In this document: positions 27,752 through 37,600 of the stretch, piece by piece | How positions within the stretch are numbered: position 1 is the first letter of the stretch | Layout of the letters: the number at the start of each line of letters is the position of its first letter | Source: Patescibacteria group bacterium UBA5147 | GTDB taxonomy: Bacteria; Patescibacteriota; Saccharimonadia; UBA4664 | DNA length: 39,398 nt | Assembly: GCA_002415345.1 (NCBI GenBank) | Contig: DHXV01000002.1 | Location: 1 to 39,398, forward strand | Direction of reading: 5' to 3' | Translations under genes and position numbers: made by a program | Notes under the pieces: generated by a model | What the model saw: the letters and a program-made list of their open reading frames with translations, nothing else | What the model was told of the DNA's origin: nothing | Database searches by the model: none

Positions 27752-28147
27752 ATGGTATTCGATACTGATATCTGGAAAGTCGTTTTGGCCGCGGTCGTGT
27801 ATTTTGCAGTCGGTTGGCTGTGGTATTCGCCCGTATTGTTTGCAAAACCGTGGATGAGAGCGTTGGGCAAGCATCCCACTGAGGTGAGTATGGAAGTTTC
27901 AAGCATGGTAACGACTTTTGTCGCCATTCTGGTGCTGGTGTTGGCCGAAGCTTACGTCTTGTCTCTGGCGGTCGTTGTCGGTTCCTTGAACGGGGCTTAT
28001 CTTGGAGCGATTCTGGCCCTTGGTTTCGTGACGATGACGGCATTGATCAACAGTGTCTTCCAGGGCCACAACCGTAATTTGTTCCTCATTGATCAGGGTT
28101 ACCACGTAGTGGGAATCATCCTGGCCGGCGCAATCCTGGCTATGTAA
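27752..28147 (+). CDS. DUF1761-family membrane protein
   Basis: The N-terminal pattern ...VVYFAVGWLWYSPVLFAKPWM and 4 TM segments fit DUF1761. ATG at 27752 with SD AAGGA is preferred over the TTG at 27746. Confidence 0.7.
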   Translation: MVFDTDIWKVVLAAVVYFAVGWLWYSPVLFAKPWMRALGKHPTEVSMEVSSMVTTFVAILVLVLAEAYVLSLAVVVGSLNGAYLGAILALGFVTMTALINSVFQGHNRNLFLIDQGYHVVGIILAGAILAM

Positions 28148-28167
28148 CTGGTTTTAACGCCGCGGTC

Positions 28168-28197
28168 GAAGCCTCCGAGTACCAACTCGGAGGCTTC
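28168..28197 (+). terminator. Strong hairpin (12-bp perfect stem) after the DUF1761 gene
   Basis: GAAGCCTCCGAG-TACCAA-CTCGGAGGCTTC. The downstream T-tract is weak. Confidence 0.55.
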
Positions 28198-28202
28198 TGT
28201 GC

Positions 28203-28231
28203 TTGGCGGGACACGTACAAATCCGTATACT
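28203..28231 (+). promoter_or_regulatory. Promoter TTGGCG-17-TATACT for the gat operon, with the ATG 6 nt after the -10 (leaderless)
   Basis: TTGGCG 28203-08, TATACT 28226-31, gatC ATG at 28238. No SD. Confidence 0.55.
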
Positions 28232-28237
28232 AGGCCT

Positions 28238-28531
28238 ATGTCAAAGATCGATATTACCGAAGTTGAACGCATCGCCAAATTGGCGCGGCTGGGGCTGAGC
28301 GCCGAAGAATCCGCGCAGATGGCCGTGGAGCTGAGCCGGATCGTCGGCTTCGTGGAGCAATTGGCGACGGTGGACGTCGAGGGCGTTCCGCCGACCGACC
28401 AGGTGACGGGGCTGGTGGACGTGTGGCGCGCGGACGTGGTGACGCCGAGCATGCCGCGAGCCGAACTGCTGGCGAACGTTCCGGAGCAGAAAGACGGTTA
28501 TATCGTGGTGAAGCGGGTGCTGAATGGTTAA
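28238..28531 (+). CDS. gatC: Asp-tRNA(Asn)/Glu-tRNA(Gln) amidotransferase subunit C
   Basis: 97 aa. The motifs MSKIDITEVERIAKLARLGLSAEE...FVEQL...VD are canonical GatC. Confidence 0.92.
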   Translation: MSKIDITEVERIAKLARLGLSAEESAQMAVELSRIVGFVEQLATVDVEGVPPTDQVTGLVDVWRADVVTPSMPRAELLANVPEQKDGYIVVKRVLNG

Positions 28532-29966
28532 TCTGAAACGACCAATAAGCGAGCTGGCCGCCGAAGTGGCTGAGGGGAAACTTACCGCTGTTGAGTTGGT
28601 GACTGCGAGCCTGGAGCGGATTGCGGCGACCGAGGAATTTCATACCGTTCTTGAGGTTAGTGAGCTGGCGCAAGGTCGCGCCCGCGAGATTGATGCGCGG
28701 ATTGCCGCCGGGGAAACGGTCGGGGTGCTCGCGGGTATTCCGTTTATCGCCAAGGACAACTTCCTGACGCGCGGCACCCATACCACGGCCGGCAGTAATA
28801 TCCTGGCGCCGTTTAATGCGCCGTATCAGAGCGTGGCCGTTGACCGGCTGGAGGCGGCGGGCGCCGTCATGGTGGCCAAAGCCAACCTGGACGCCTTTGC
28901 CCACGGCAGTTCCACCGAGAACTCCGATTTCGGCCCGACCAAGAACCCGGTTAATCCGGAGTACGTGCCGGGCGGCAGTTCCGGTGGCAGCGCCGCCAGT
29001 GTGGCGCTGGGGCAGGCCTGTTTTGCCGTGGGCACCGATACGGGCGGCTCGATCCGCCTGCCGGCCAGCTACTGCGGCGTCGTCGGGCTCAAACCGACCT
29101 ACGGCCTGGTGCCGCGCACCGGCGTGGTCGCGATGGGCAGCTCCACCGACGTGATCGGACCATTAACCAACTCCGTGGTCGACGCCGCTCTGGTGCTCGA
29201 CGTCATGGCCGGCCGCGACGGCAGCGACGCGACTTCCATTGAACGCGACAGTGTCAGCTACGTGGTCGACGCCCAAAGCTTTAAAGGCAAGAAAATTGGT
29301 CTTATCAAGGAATATACGGGTGAGGGCGTCGATCCGGCTATCGCCGCGGCGATGGCCGCGACGGTCAAACGGCTGGAGGCGGCCGGGGCCACGGTCGAGA
29401 CGGTGAGCCTCCCGGCCACCGAGCTGGCACTGGCGTCCTACTACATTCTGGTGCCCGCCGAAGTCTCCAGCAATCTGGCCCGCTATGACGGCGTCAAGTT
29501 CGGTCATTCTTCACCCAAGGCCCGCGACCTGGAAGAAACCTATCGCCTCAGCCGCGAGGAAGGCTTTGGCGCCGAGGCCAAACGCCGCATCATGATCGGC
29601 ACCTACGTGCTGTCGAGCGGGTACTACGACGCCTACTACAAACGCGCCCAAAAAGTGCGCACCAAACTGGTCGACGAATTCAACCAGGCCTTTGCAACCT
29701 ATGATTTCCTGCTGGGGCCGACCGCCCCGACCGCTGCCTTTAAGCTGGGCCAGAACACCCATGACCCGCTCGCCATGTACCTAAACGACGTCATGACCGC
29801 GGCGGTCAACCTGGTGGGCTGCGCGGCGATCTCGCTGCCGCTGGGCGCAACGGCCGCATCTCTCCCGTTCGGTATCCAACTTATCGCTCCGCAGCGCGGT
29901 GAAGGCGCCTTGTTGGGGGCAGCCCAGGCTCTTGAGTCGCTGGTAGCTGGAGGGACGGCGGTATGA
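28524..29966 (+). CDS. gatA: Asp-tRNA(Asn)/Glu-tRNA(Gln) amidotransferase subunit A
   Basis: 480 aa. Amidase signature GGSSGGSAASVA...GTDTGGSIRLPA. Overlaps the gatC stop. Confidence 0.95.
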   Translation: MVNLKRPISELAAEVAEGKLTAVELVTASLERIAATEEFHTVLEVSELAQGRAREIDARIAAGETVGVLAGIPFIAKDNFLTRGTHTTAGSNILAPFNAPYQSVAVDRLEAAGAVMVAKANLDAFAHGSSTENSDFGPTKNPVNPEYVPGGSSGGSAASVALGQACFAVGTDTGGSIRLPASYCGVVGLKPTYGLVPRTGVVAMGSSTDVIGPLTNSVVDAALVLDVMAGRDGSDATSIERDSVSYVVDAQSFKGKKIGLIKEYTGEGVDPAIAAAMAATVKRLEAAGATVETVSLPATELALASYYILVPAEVSSNLARYDGVKFGHSSPKARDLEETYRLSREEGFGAEAKRRIMIGTYVLSSGYYDAYYKRAQKVRTKLVDEFNQAFATYDFLLGPTAPTAAFKLGQNTHDPLAMYLNDVMTAAVNLVGCAAISLPLGATAASLPFGIQLIAPQRGEGALLGAAQALESLVAGGTAV

Positions 29967-30415
29967 TCGGCTTCCTGGTAATTATCTTGATCGGCGGTTT
30001 GCTGCTGTTTGCCGTTATTGGTGGGGTGGGCCAGGGTTCGGGCGGTAAGAAGCGCGGGAGCCGGCGCGGCGGTAGTTCAAGCGGCGGCGCCAAGGTGAAT
30101 GTCGCGGATAAATGGGCGACGATCCAGACGATCTCCGCCGGTGGTCCCGCCGGCCTTAAGAACGCCGTCTCCGAGGCCGATAAGTTGTTCGACCACGCGT
30201 TAAGACAGCAGGGCTTCCCCGGCGAAACCATGGCCGACCGCCTCAAAGCCGCCAGATCCAGCTTTTCCAGCTACAGCTTTTATGACGGCATCTGGCGGGC
30301 CCATAAATTACGTAACGCCCTGGCCCACGAGGTGGGTTTTGACTTGGTCCCCAGCCAGGCCCGCGAGGCCCTGGGTGACTTTGAGCGCGGGCTTAAGGAC
30401 CTGGGCGCCCTATGA
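29963..30415 (+). CDS. Membrane-anchored protein with HEPN/DUF4145-like C-terminal helical domain (R-x4-H motif)
   Basis: 150 aa. N-terminal TM, a Gly/Ser/Arg linker (positive-inside), then a helical domain containing WRAHKLRNALAHE (R-N-x-x-x-H). ATGA overlap with the gatA stop. Confidence 0.6.
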   Translation: MIGFLVIILIGGLLLFAVIGGVGQGSGGKKRGSRRGGSSSGGAKVNVADKWATIQTISAGGPAGLKNAVSEADKLFDHALRQQGFPGETMADRLKAARSSFSSYSFYDGIWRAHKLRNALAHEVGFDLVPSQAREALGDFERGLKDLGAL

Positions 30416-30452
30416 TTAACCATTCCCCAGTAAGTTTAACGACGGAGGTTTT

Positions 30453-30884
30453 ATGACAGCATTCAAATCGTTCATCTCATACCGGCACAAAGGTGAAGAT
30501 CCGGCCAAGCTGCTTAAACTGCTGACGGCCGTGCGCGACGGCCTCAGCGAAGCCGGAGTCTCGGCCTACTGCACTTTCTTTGACGAGGACGCGTTTCAGG
30601 AGAAAGCCTTCGGTGCGCGCGACATTATGGACCACGCCTTCAAGAAAATAAACACCGTCGACGTGCTGTTCGTCATCCTGACTTCGGATGAGAAAAGCGA
30701 AGGCATGCTGATGGAAATCGGTTACGCCCTGGCTAAGAAGATTCCCATCGTCGTGGCCAGCAAAGATACGGTCAAAGCGTCCTCCGTTCCGCAAATGGGC
30801 ACCTATTCCATAGTTTGGTCCGATATCGCCGAGCTGACTCGCAAGATCGGTGAACTGCCGTTGGAAGTAGGCCAGCTTCGATGA
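30453..30884 (+). CDS. TIR-like / nucleoside 2-deoxyribosyltransferase-like (flavodoxin-fold) protein
   Basis: 143 aa. N-terminal FISYRH strand (TIR-like) and VDVLFVILTSDEKSEGMLMEIGYALAKKIPIVV (NDT-like D...S.G...E.GYA..K.P block). SD GGAGG. ATGA overlap with the gatB start. Confidence 0.6.
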   Translation: MTAFKSFISYRHKGEDPAKLLKLLTAVRDGLSEAGVSAYCTFFDEDAFQEKAFGARDIMDHAFKKINTVDVLFVILTSDEKSEGMLMEIGYALAKKIPIVVASKDTVKASSVPQMGTYSIVWSDIAELTRKIGELPLEVGQLR

Positions 30885-32380
30885 ATTCAGCCCTCCGCGA
30901 CAAATATGAAGTCGTTATCGGTATCGAATGCCACGTGCAGCTGGCCACCAAGACCAAGCTGTTCTGCGGCTGCGATAACGATTCCCGCGATTCTGAGCCC
31001 AACATTCATGTTTGTCAGGTGTGCCTGGGCTTGCCCGGAACCTTGCCGGTCTTGAACCAGCGGGCCGTGGAGCTGGCGCTGCGGCTGGGGCAGGTGCTCA
31101 ACGCCACTTATCCCGAGAATTATCACACTAAATTCGACCGTAAGAATTACTTTTATCCCGATTTGCCCAAGGGCTACCAGATTACGCAGTTCGACGAGCC
31201 GGTCGTGGGCCCGGGTTGGGTGGAATTTCCGCTGGACGGCGAGACCGTGCGCATCGGAATTACTCGCGCGCATTTGGAAGAGGATGCCGGTAAACTGACC
31301 CACCCTGAAGGCGCCGCGTACTCCCTGGTCGACCTCAACCGGGCCGGCACGCCGCTGCTGGAAATCGTCAGCGAACCGGACATCCGCAGTGCGGCGCAGG
31401 CTAAGGCCTACGCGCAGGAGCTCCACAATCTGGTGCGCTATGCCGGCGTGAGCGATGCCAACCTGTACTACGGGAACATGCGGTTCGACGTCAACGTCAG
31501 CGTGCGGCTGGTGGGGGCGACGGAGCTGGGGATTCGCTCGGAAACCAAGAATCTCAACAGCTTCAAGGCCATCGAACGCGTGGTCGAGTATGAAACCCGT
31601 CGGCAGATCGTTTTGGTGGACGGCGGCGAGCGCGTCAAGCAGGAAACCCGGGGCTGGAACGACGACAAGCAGGAAACCTACAGCATGCGCAGCAAGGAAG
31701 ACGCCGACGAGTACCGCTACTTCCCGGAGCCCGACCTGCCGCCCATGGTGATTACCCGTGCCATGGTGGCGCAGCAGAACGATGGTATGAAAGAGACACC
31801 GAATAGCCTTCGGATCAAGCTTAACGAGGCGGGCATGCCGTCTAATGAATCTGAGGTTTTAATCTCAGACCCTTCGGCTGCCCGTATCTGGGAAGAAGTA
31901 TTCAAACTCGAACCCAAATACGCCCGCTTTGCTTTTACCTGGCTAATAGGTGACGCCCTTAAACTTGCAGAGACATCGAAAATGTCATTGTCTGAATCTG
32001 GCATATCAGAGTCATCGTTGGCCTACGTGTCCACAATGGTTGGTGAGGGTAAACTTAGTTCGACAAACGGCAAGAATTTGTTGGCGGTACTATGGCAAGA
32101 GGGCATAGGCCTTGGAGCAAACAAACCAAGTTTAGAAGAGGGGTTAAAGAGAATTGAAGCCATCGCTGAAAAGCATGGACTATTGCAGCAGTCGGACGAA
32201 GGCGAACTGGCCAAAATCGTCGATGAGGTCATTGCCGCCAACACCCAGGCCGTGAAAGACTACAAAGCTGGCAACCAACGCGCCTTTGGCGCCCTGGTGG
32301 GCCAAGCCATGAAAGCTACGGCCGGCAAAGGCAACCCGCCAGTCATCAACAAACTGCTGCGCGAGCGACTGGACAGCTAG
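30881..32380 (+). CDS. gatB: Asp-tRNA(Asn)/Glu-tRNA(Gln) amidotransferase subunit B
   Basis: 499 aa. KYEVVIGIECHVQLATKTKLFC, RFDVNVS and the C-terminal YqeY-like tail are canonical GatB. Confidence 0.95.
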   Translation: MNSALRDKYEVVIGIECHVQLATKTKLFCGCDNDSRDSEPNIHVCQVCLGLPGTLPVLNQRAVELALRLGQVLNATYPENYHTKFDRKNYFYPDLPKGYQITQFDEPVVGPGWVEFPLDGETVRIGITRAHLEEDAGKLTHPEGAAYSLVDLNRAGTPLLEIVSEPDIRSAAQAKAYAQELHNLVRYAGVSDANLYYGNMRFDVNVSVRLVGATELGIRSETKNLNSFKAIERVVEYETRRQIVLVDGGERVKQETRGWNDDKQETYSMRSKEDADEYRYFPEPDLPPMVITRAMVAQQNDGMKETPNSLRIKLNEAGMPSNESEVLISDPSAARIWEEVFKLEPKYARFAFTWLIGDALKLAETSKMSLSESGISESSLAYVSTMVGEGKLSSTNGKNLLAVLWQEGIGLGANKPSLEEGLKRIEAIAEKHGLLQQSDEGELAKIVDEVIAANTQAVKDYKAGNQRAFGALVGQAMKATAGKGNPPVINKLLRERLDS

Positions 32381-32452
32381 CGGCTCCAGCGCGATTTTAT
32401 GTATCGCCGATGAATTCCGTAGGCGGATAGTATAGACTAAGTAGTAAGCATT

Positions 32453-33112
32453 ATGGCATCCCTTACCCTAGACCCCACTCAATATACCGACCCGATCATC
32501 ACCGTGGTCAATCAAATCCTCCCGAAGATCCCCGGATTGCTCTTTGGGCTGATTTTTGGCGTGCTGATTATTCGCCTGCTGGTTCGGCTGACGCGGCTGT
32601 TGCTGGCCTTCACCAGCATGCAACAAGGGCTCAAGGGCATTATCACGTCGGTGGTGGAGATCCTGTTATGGGTGCTTCTGTCGATTTCGACACTCCAGCA
32701 GCTGGGTTTCTCCGGCATGATCACCTTTTTCTCGAGCTCCGCGTTGGCAATCGGCATCATGCTGGCAGCCGGCGGATCAACGCTGTTGGCCGACATTGTC
32801 GCCGGAATCTTTCTGGCCCAGGATAACGACTTCGGCGTGGGCGACGAGGTGACGGCAGGAGAAAACGCCACCCACGGCATCGTCGAAAGCATGGACGCCC
32901 GCCGGACCCGTATCCGTGACGAGGCCGGCATACTGCACGTGCTGCCGAATTCGGTCGTTGAGCGCAAGGAATGGACTCTGATTCACAAGAGCGTAGCGCC
33001 CAACTCGCTGGTCAAAGCCGTGAAGACCGCCCGGAGGCTGCGGACGGCGTCATTTCCGAAGAAGCCGGGACGAGAGAAACGCGTCGTCACTTTTCGTGAT
33101 AATGAACTATAG
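32453..33112 (+). CDS. Small-conductance mechanosensitive channel (MscS family)
   Basis: 219 aa. 3 TM segments, then the beta domain GIFLAQDNDFGVGDEV...GIVESMDARRTRIRDEAGILHVLPNSVV. Confidence 0.8.
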   Translation: MASLTLDPTQYTDPIITVVNQILPKIPGLLFGLIFGVLIIRLLVRLTRLLLAFTSMQQGLKGIITSVVEILLWVLLSISTLQQLGFSGMITFFSSSALAIGIMLAAGGSTLLADIVAGIFLAQDNDFGVGDEVTAGENATHGIVESMDARRTRIRDEAGILHVLPNSVVERKEWTLIHKSVAPNSLVKAVKTARRLRTASFPKKPGREKRVVTFRDNEL

Positions 33113-33170
33113 CGCCAGTTGATTTTTGAGCGTATTAACTGTAATTTAGAAGAATAAACGAAAGATCAAA

Positions 33171-33419
33171 ATGACTACCGTTGAATCCGTTCTAGTAATT
33201 ATTCTGGCCGTGGCACTGCTCCTGTTGCTCGTCCTAGGAATCGTCATGGCTGCCTTAGCCGTGGGTATCCTTAAGAACGTCAAACACATCTCCCAGAAGG
33301 CCGAGGAAACCACCGCCAGCTTTGCCGATATCGCCTCGATGGTCGGTAAAAAAGTTGCGCCCGTCGCCTTGTCGGCTGCCATTGCCGCCGCCTTGCGCCG
33401 TTTTAAGAGTAAGAAATAA
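33171..33419 (+). CDS. DUF948-like small membrane protein
   Basis: 82 aa. N-terminal TM followed by a helical region. Positioned before a YtxH-like gene, as in the DUF948/YtxH pairs of Firmicutes. Weak SD. Confidence 0.5.
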   Translation: MTTVESVLVIILAVALLLLLVLGIVMAALAVGILKNVKHISQKAEETTASFADIASMVGKKVAPVALSAAIAAALRRFKSKK

Positions 33420-33430
33420 GGAGAATCGTT

Positions 33431-33907
33431 ATGAAAAAGAACTTTTTGAAAGGTACCATTGTCGGTATCCTCGCCGGTGCCGTCGCCGGTGTGCTCATGG
33501 CCCCGAAAAGCGGCAAGGAAACTCAGGAAGACATCAAGCGTAAGGTAAAAGCCACCGCTGATGACGTTCAGGCCCGCCTGTTGAGCTTAACCGACGAAGT
33601 CACCGGGCACGTCGACCACTTAAAAGAAGCCGCCAAGGACCTTAAGGGGGAAGCCCGCGTTGAGAGCCAGGAGCTCATTAAGCGCGCCGAAGTCCTTAAG
33701 CAGGACCTGCGGATTTCGTCCGCAAATCTGGCCAAGAACGGCGCCCGCACCAAGGACGACGCCATGAAGAACGTCAAACACCTGATGGCCGAAGGCGCCG
33801 AGGTTATGAAGGAATTGGAACGGGTTACCAAGAACCTGGCCGTTTCGGCCAAGAACAAGGTCACCGAAGACCCCAAGACCGATGACACCGAGTCTGGCAA
33901 GCGCTAA
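33431..33907 (+). CDS. YtxH-domain protein
   Basis: N-terminal GILAGAVAGVLMAPKSGKETQEDIK is the YtxH signature. Long charged helical tail. SD AAGGAG. Confidence 0.8.
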   Translation: MKKNFLKGTIVGILAGAVAGVLMAPKSGKETQEDIKRKVKATADDVQARLLSLTDEVTGHVDHLKEAAKDLKGEARVESQELIKRAEVLKQDLRISSANLAKNGARTKDDAMKNVKHLMAEGAEVMKELERVTKNLAVSAKNKVTEDPKTDDTESGKR

Positions 33908-34188
33908 TGTTCGCCAGAAACAAAGAGGCCGAAAAACTCGATAAGGCCGACTACGAAAAGCTCGGCAAGGCCGTGGAAGCCGCCCTGGTCAAGAATTATA
34001 TCCAGCTACTGCGCTCAACGAGCAGCCAGATTTGGAGTTCGTTCGTTCGCGGCATCTTTACCGGCCTGGGCACCGTCATTGGTGCGACATTGGTGGTAGC
34101 CCTGCTGCTGTGGATTTTAAGCTTCTTCGGCACCTTCCCCGTAATCGGAGATTTCTTCCGCTCGCTCGGCGACGCGTTGAAGCATTAG
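33907..34188 (+). CDS. DUF5665-like small membrane protein
   Basis: 93 aa. The pattern ...NYIQLLRSTSSQIWSSFVRGIFTGLGTVIGATLVVALLLWIL matches my recollection of DUF5665. TAATG overlap with the YtxH-like gene. Confidence 0.6.
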   Translation: MFARNKEAEKLDKADYEKLGKAVEAALVKNYIQLLRSTSSQIWSSFVRGIFTGLGTVIGATLVVALLLWILSFFGTFPVIGDFFRSLGDALKH

Positions 34189-34211
34189 TCAGATCCGTTA
34201 AAAGGGCATAG

Positions 34212-34242
34212 AAAAAGCCGGGTATTACCCGGCTTTTTTTTT
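34212..34242. terminator. Bidirectional rho-independent terminator
   Basis: AAAAAGCCGGGT-ATT-ACCCGGCTTTTTTTTT lies between convergent genes. Confidence 0.85.
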
Positions 34243-34251
34243 GATGAGTCA

Positions 34252-34575
34252 CTAACGGAACAAGTAGTGGCCGTCGACGACTTTACTGTTGTTGAAATAT
34301 TGTCCTGTCACGGCGTCCCGGTTGCACAAGGATTCCGAAAATACGACCCGACCGGCTTGGGACATCGGCAAATTGGCCACGTTCCAGGCGTAGTCCCGGT
34401 TGCAGCTGTTATTTATGGCATGGGAAATGAGGGCCAAATCAGCTTGTCGCGAATTGAGCATGACAACGAATGATATGGCGATAGCGTTGAGAAGCAGTGA
34501 GATTCCCAGCACGACATATAAACCACGAATCCGCCATGGCCAGGATATGGACTTCTTTTTCTTGGATTTGAACAT
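34252..34575 (-). CDS. Hypothetical membrane-anchored protein (107 aa)
   Basis: ATG at 34575 with SD GGAG. Begins MFKSKKKKSISWPWRIRGLYVVLGISLLL (signal anchor). The extracytoplasmic domain has 2 Cys. Confidence 0.5.
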   Translation of the reverse strand: MFKSKKKKSISWPWRIRGLYVVLGISLLLNAIAISFVVMLNSRQADLALISHAINNSCNRDYAWNVANLPMSQAGRVVFSESLCNRDAVTGQYFNNSKVVDGHYLFR

Positions 34576-34675
34576 GCAAATTCTCCAATAATGAATGACT
34601 GATATAAGCATAACCCTTATAAATGTAACTGAATAGCATAACCACAAGAATTATCAAGTCTGTTGCCGGGGCGGA

Positions 34676-37600
34676 ATGACGCATATAATTAACAAACGAA
34701 ACGGGGGAGTGAACGTGGCTGCATCTACGACGCCGGCGAAAGCCAGCGAGCCGCAGACGGACACGCCGAAGGCGCAGTTCGTCCATCTACATAACCATAG
34801 CCACTACAGCCTGCTTGACGGGCTGCAAAAAGTGCCTGGCATGCTCGACCGCATCCAGGAACTGGGGATGGACGCCGTCGCTCTCACCGACCATGGCACG
34901 CTCAGCGGTACCGTCGAGTTTTACAAAGAGTGCAAAAAGCGCGGTATTAATCCCATCATCGGTATCGAAGCGTATGTGGCACCGCGCGGGCACCTGGACA
35001 AGTCCGGCCGCCAGGACCTCAATCCGTACCACCTGGTGCTGCTGGCCTACTCCACCAAGGGCTACCACAACCTGATGAAACTCGTGACTATCGCCAACCT
35101 TCAGGGTTTTTACGGCAAGCCCCGTATCGACCGCCAGCTGATGGAGCAGTATCACGAGGGCCTGATCGCGCTGAGCGGGTGCGCCGGTGGTGAGGTGGCG
35201 GGACACATCATCGACGGCAACATGGCTGAAGCGGCCAACGTCGCTCAGTGGTATGAAACGACTTTTGGCAAAGGCAATTATTTCCTGGAACTGCAGGCGC
35301 ACGAGCACCAGTGGGCGACGCAGAAGACCATTAACGCGGGCAAGATCGAACTGTCCAAACAGACTGGCATCCCCGTGGTGGTGACGGCCGACTCGCACTA
35401 CTCCGAGCACAAGAACCGCGATGCGCACGAGACGCTGCTGTGCGTTCAGACCGGCAAGACGCTGGACGACCCGACCCGCATGTCCATGGACATGGATTTG
35501 TTCCTGTCGAGCCAGGAGGAAATCATGGAGCGCTTCGCCCATATTCCCGAGGCCTACGAGAACACGGTCAAGATTGCCGAGCGCTGCAAGGTCAAGCTGG
35601 ACCTCGGCGGGATTTTGATCCCAACCTTCCCGGTACCGGAGGAGGGCATCAGCGAGCTGGATTATCTCCACAAGCTCTGCTGGCAGGGGCTTACTTTCCG
35701 CTACGGCGGCATCCCCAAGGAGGATGTCGGCACCATTACCGAGGCGCGGGCCCGCGAGCTGGTCGAACCTGAGGTCTGCGCGCGGCTCGATTACGAGCTG
35801 GGCGTGATTTCCAAAATGGGCTACGACGGATATTTCCTGATAACCGCTGACTTCATGAACTGGGGCAAGAACCAGGGGATTGTTTTTGGACCGGGCCGCG
35901 GCAGCGCCGCCGGCTCCATCGTGGCTTATGTCTTGAATATCACCGACCTTGACCCGCTCAAGTACGACCTGCTGTTTGAGCGCTTTTTGAACCCCGACCG
36001 CATCAGCATGCCTGACATCGACATCGACATCCAGGCCGGCCGGCGTGGCGAGGTGATTGATTACGTGACCGAAAAATACGGCACGGAGCGGGTCTCCCAG
36101 ATTATCACCTTCGGGACCATGGCCGCCCGCAACGCCGTCCGCGACACGGGCCGGGTACTGGGCTACAGCTACGCCGAGGTAGACGCCATCGCCAAACTTA
36201 TCCCGCAGCCGGTCCAGGGACGTCACACGCCGCTGGCGGTCTCAGTGGGGCTCAAGGAAGGCAAGCAGCCGGCCGATCCCATCCTGACCAACGAGTACAA
36301 AACCAACGCGCGGGCCAAGAAACTCATCGATCTGGCTATCCAGCTGGAAGGTACCATCCGTAACAACGGCGTGCACGCGGCCGGAGTCGTGATCGCCCCC
36401 GCCCCGCTGGTGAATTACCTGCCCATCCAACGGGCGCAAAAAGGCGGCTTTGCCACCCAGTATTCCATGAGCTACGTGGAAGAGCTGGGCCTGCTCAAGA
36501 TGGACTTCCTAGGCCTGCTCAACCTGGACGTCATCAACCAGGCCCAGCGCATCATCCGCAAGGTTTACGGCCGCGACATCGACCTGCCCAACCTGCCCTT
36601 GGACGACCCCGAAACCTACGCTCTGCTCAGCCGCGGCGATACCACCGGGGTGTTCCAGCTGGAATCGGCCGGAATGAAAAAGTACCTGCGCCAGCTCAAA
36701 CCCAGCGCCTTTGACGACATCGTCGCCATGGTCGCGCTCTACCGTCCGGGCCCGATGCAATTCATCGACGACTTCATCGACCGCAAGCATGGCCGCAAAG
36801 AGGTAACCTATGAGCACCCGGGGCTGGAAGCCGCCCTCGGCAGCACCTACGGCATCCTGGTGTACCAGGAACAGTTCATGCAGATATCCAAGGACATGTG
36901 CGGGTTTACCGGCGGCCAGGCCGACACGCTCCGCAAAGCCATCGGCAAGAAGCAGCTCGATACCATGCGCAAGATGAAGCAGCTGTTCATCGCGGGCATG
37001 ATTGAGAAATCCGGTGTCACCAAGAAGTTCGCCGAAGAATTCTGGCAGCAGCTGGAAGCCTTTGCTGACTACTGCTTCAACAAGAGCCACTCGGCCTGCT
37101 ACGGACTTATTGCTTATCAGACGGCTTATCTGAAGGCCCATTACCCGTCAGCCTTCATGGCGGCGCTGCTGACCCAGGATTACGGCAATATCGACCGCAT
37201 CGCCATTGAAATCGCGGAGTGTCAGCGCATGGGCGTCAAGGTGCTGCCGCCGGACGTCAACGAAAGCTTCCGCGAGTTCGCCGTCGTAAAAGACAGCGGC
37301 AATATCCGCTTCGGCCTCTCGGCCATCAAGAACGTCGGGGCGGGGGCCATTGAAGCCATTCTGCGCACCCGGGAGGATGCCGGCAATTTTACCGGCATCG
37401 AGGATTTTGCCAAACGGGTCAATTCGCGGGAGTGCAATAAAAAAGCCTGGGAATCGTTCGCCAAATGCGGCGCCTTCGATCAGCTCGTGGGAGGGGATCG
37501 CAACAAGCTGCTCCAGAATCTGGAGCTGATTACGGCTTACGGCAGTAAGGCCCAAAAGAATGCCCTGAGCGGCCAGATCGATATTTTTGGTTCACTGGGA

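Noticed and set aside
28254-28904. 216-aa ORF antisense across gatC/gatA
   Set aside because: It overlaps two canonical genes and has Arg/Pro/Ala-rich junk-like composition.
34787-36226. 479-aa ORF antisense to dnaE, plus further long antisense ORFs at 36509..37141, 37148..37555 and 37592..38263
   Set aside because: They lie entirely inside a gene with unmistakable DnaE motifs. Their composition is Arg/Gly/Ala/Val-rich, typical of antisense frames in GC-rich DNA. No SD is present.
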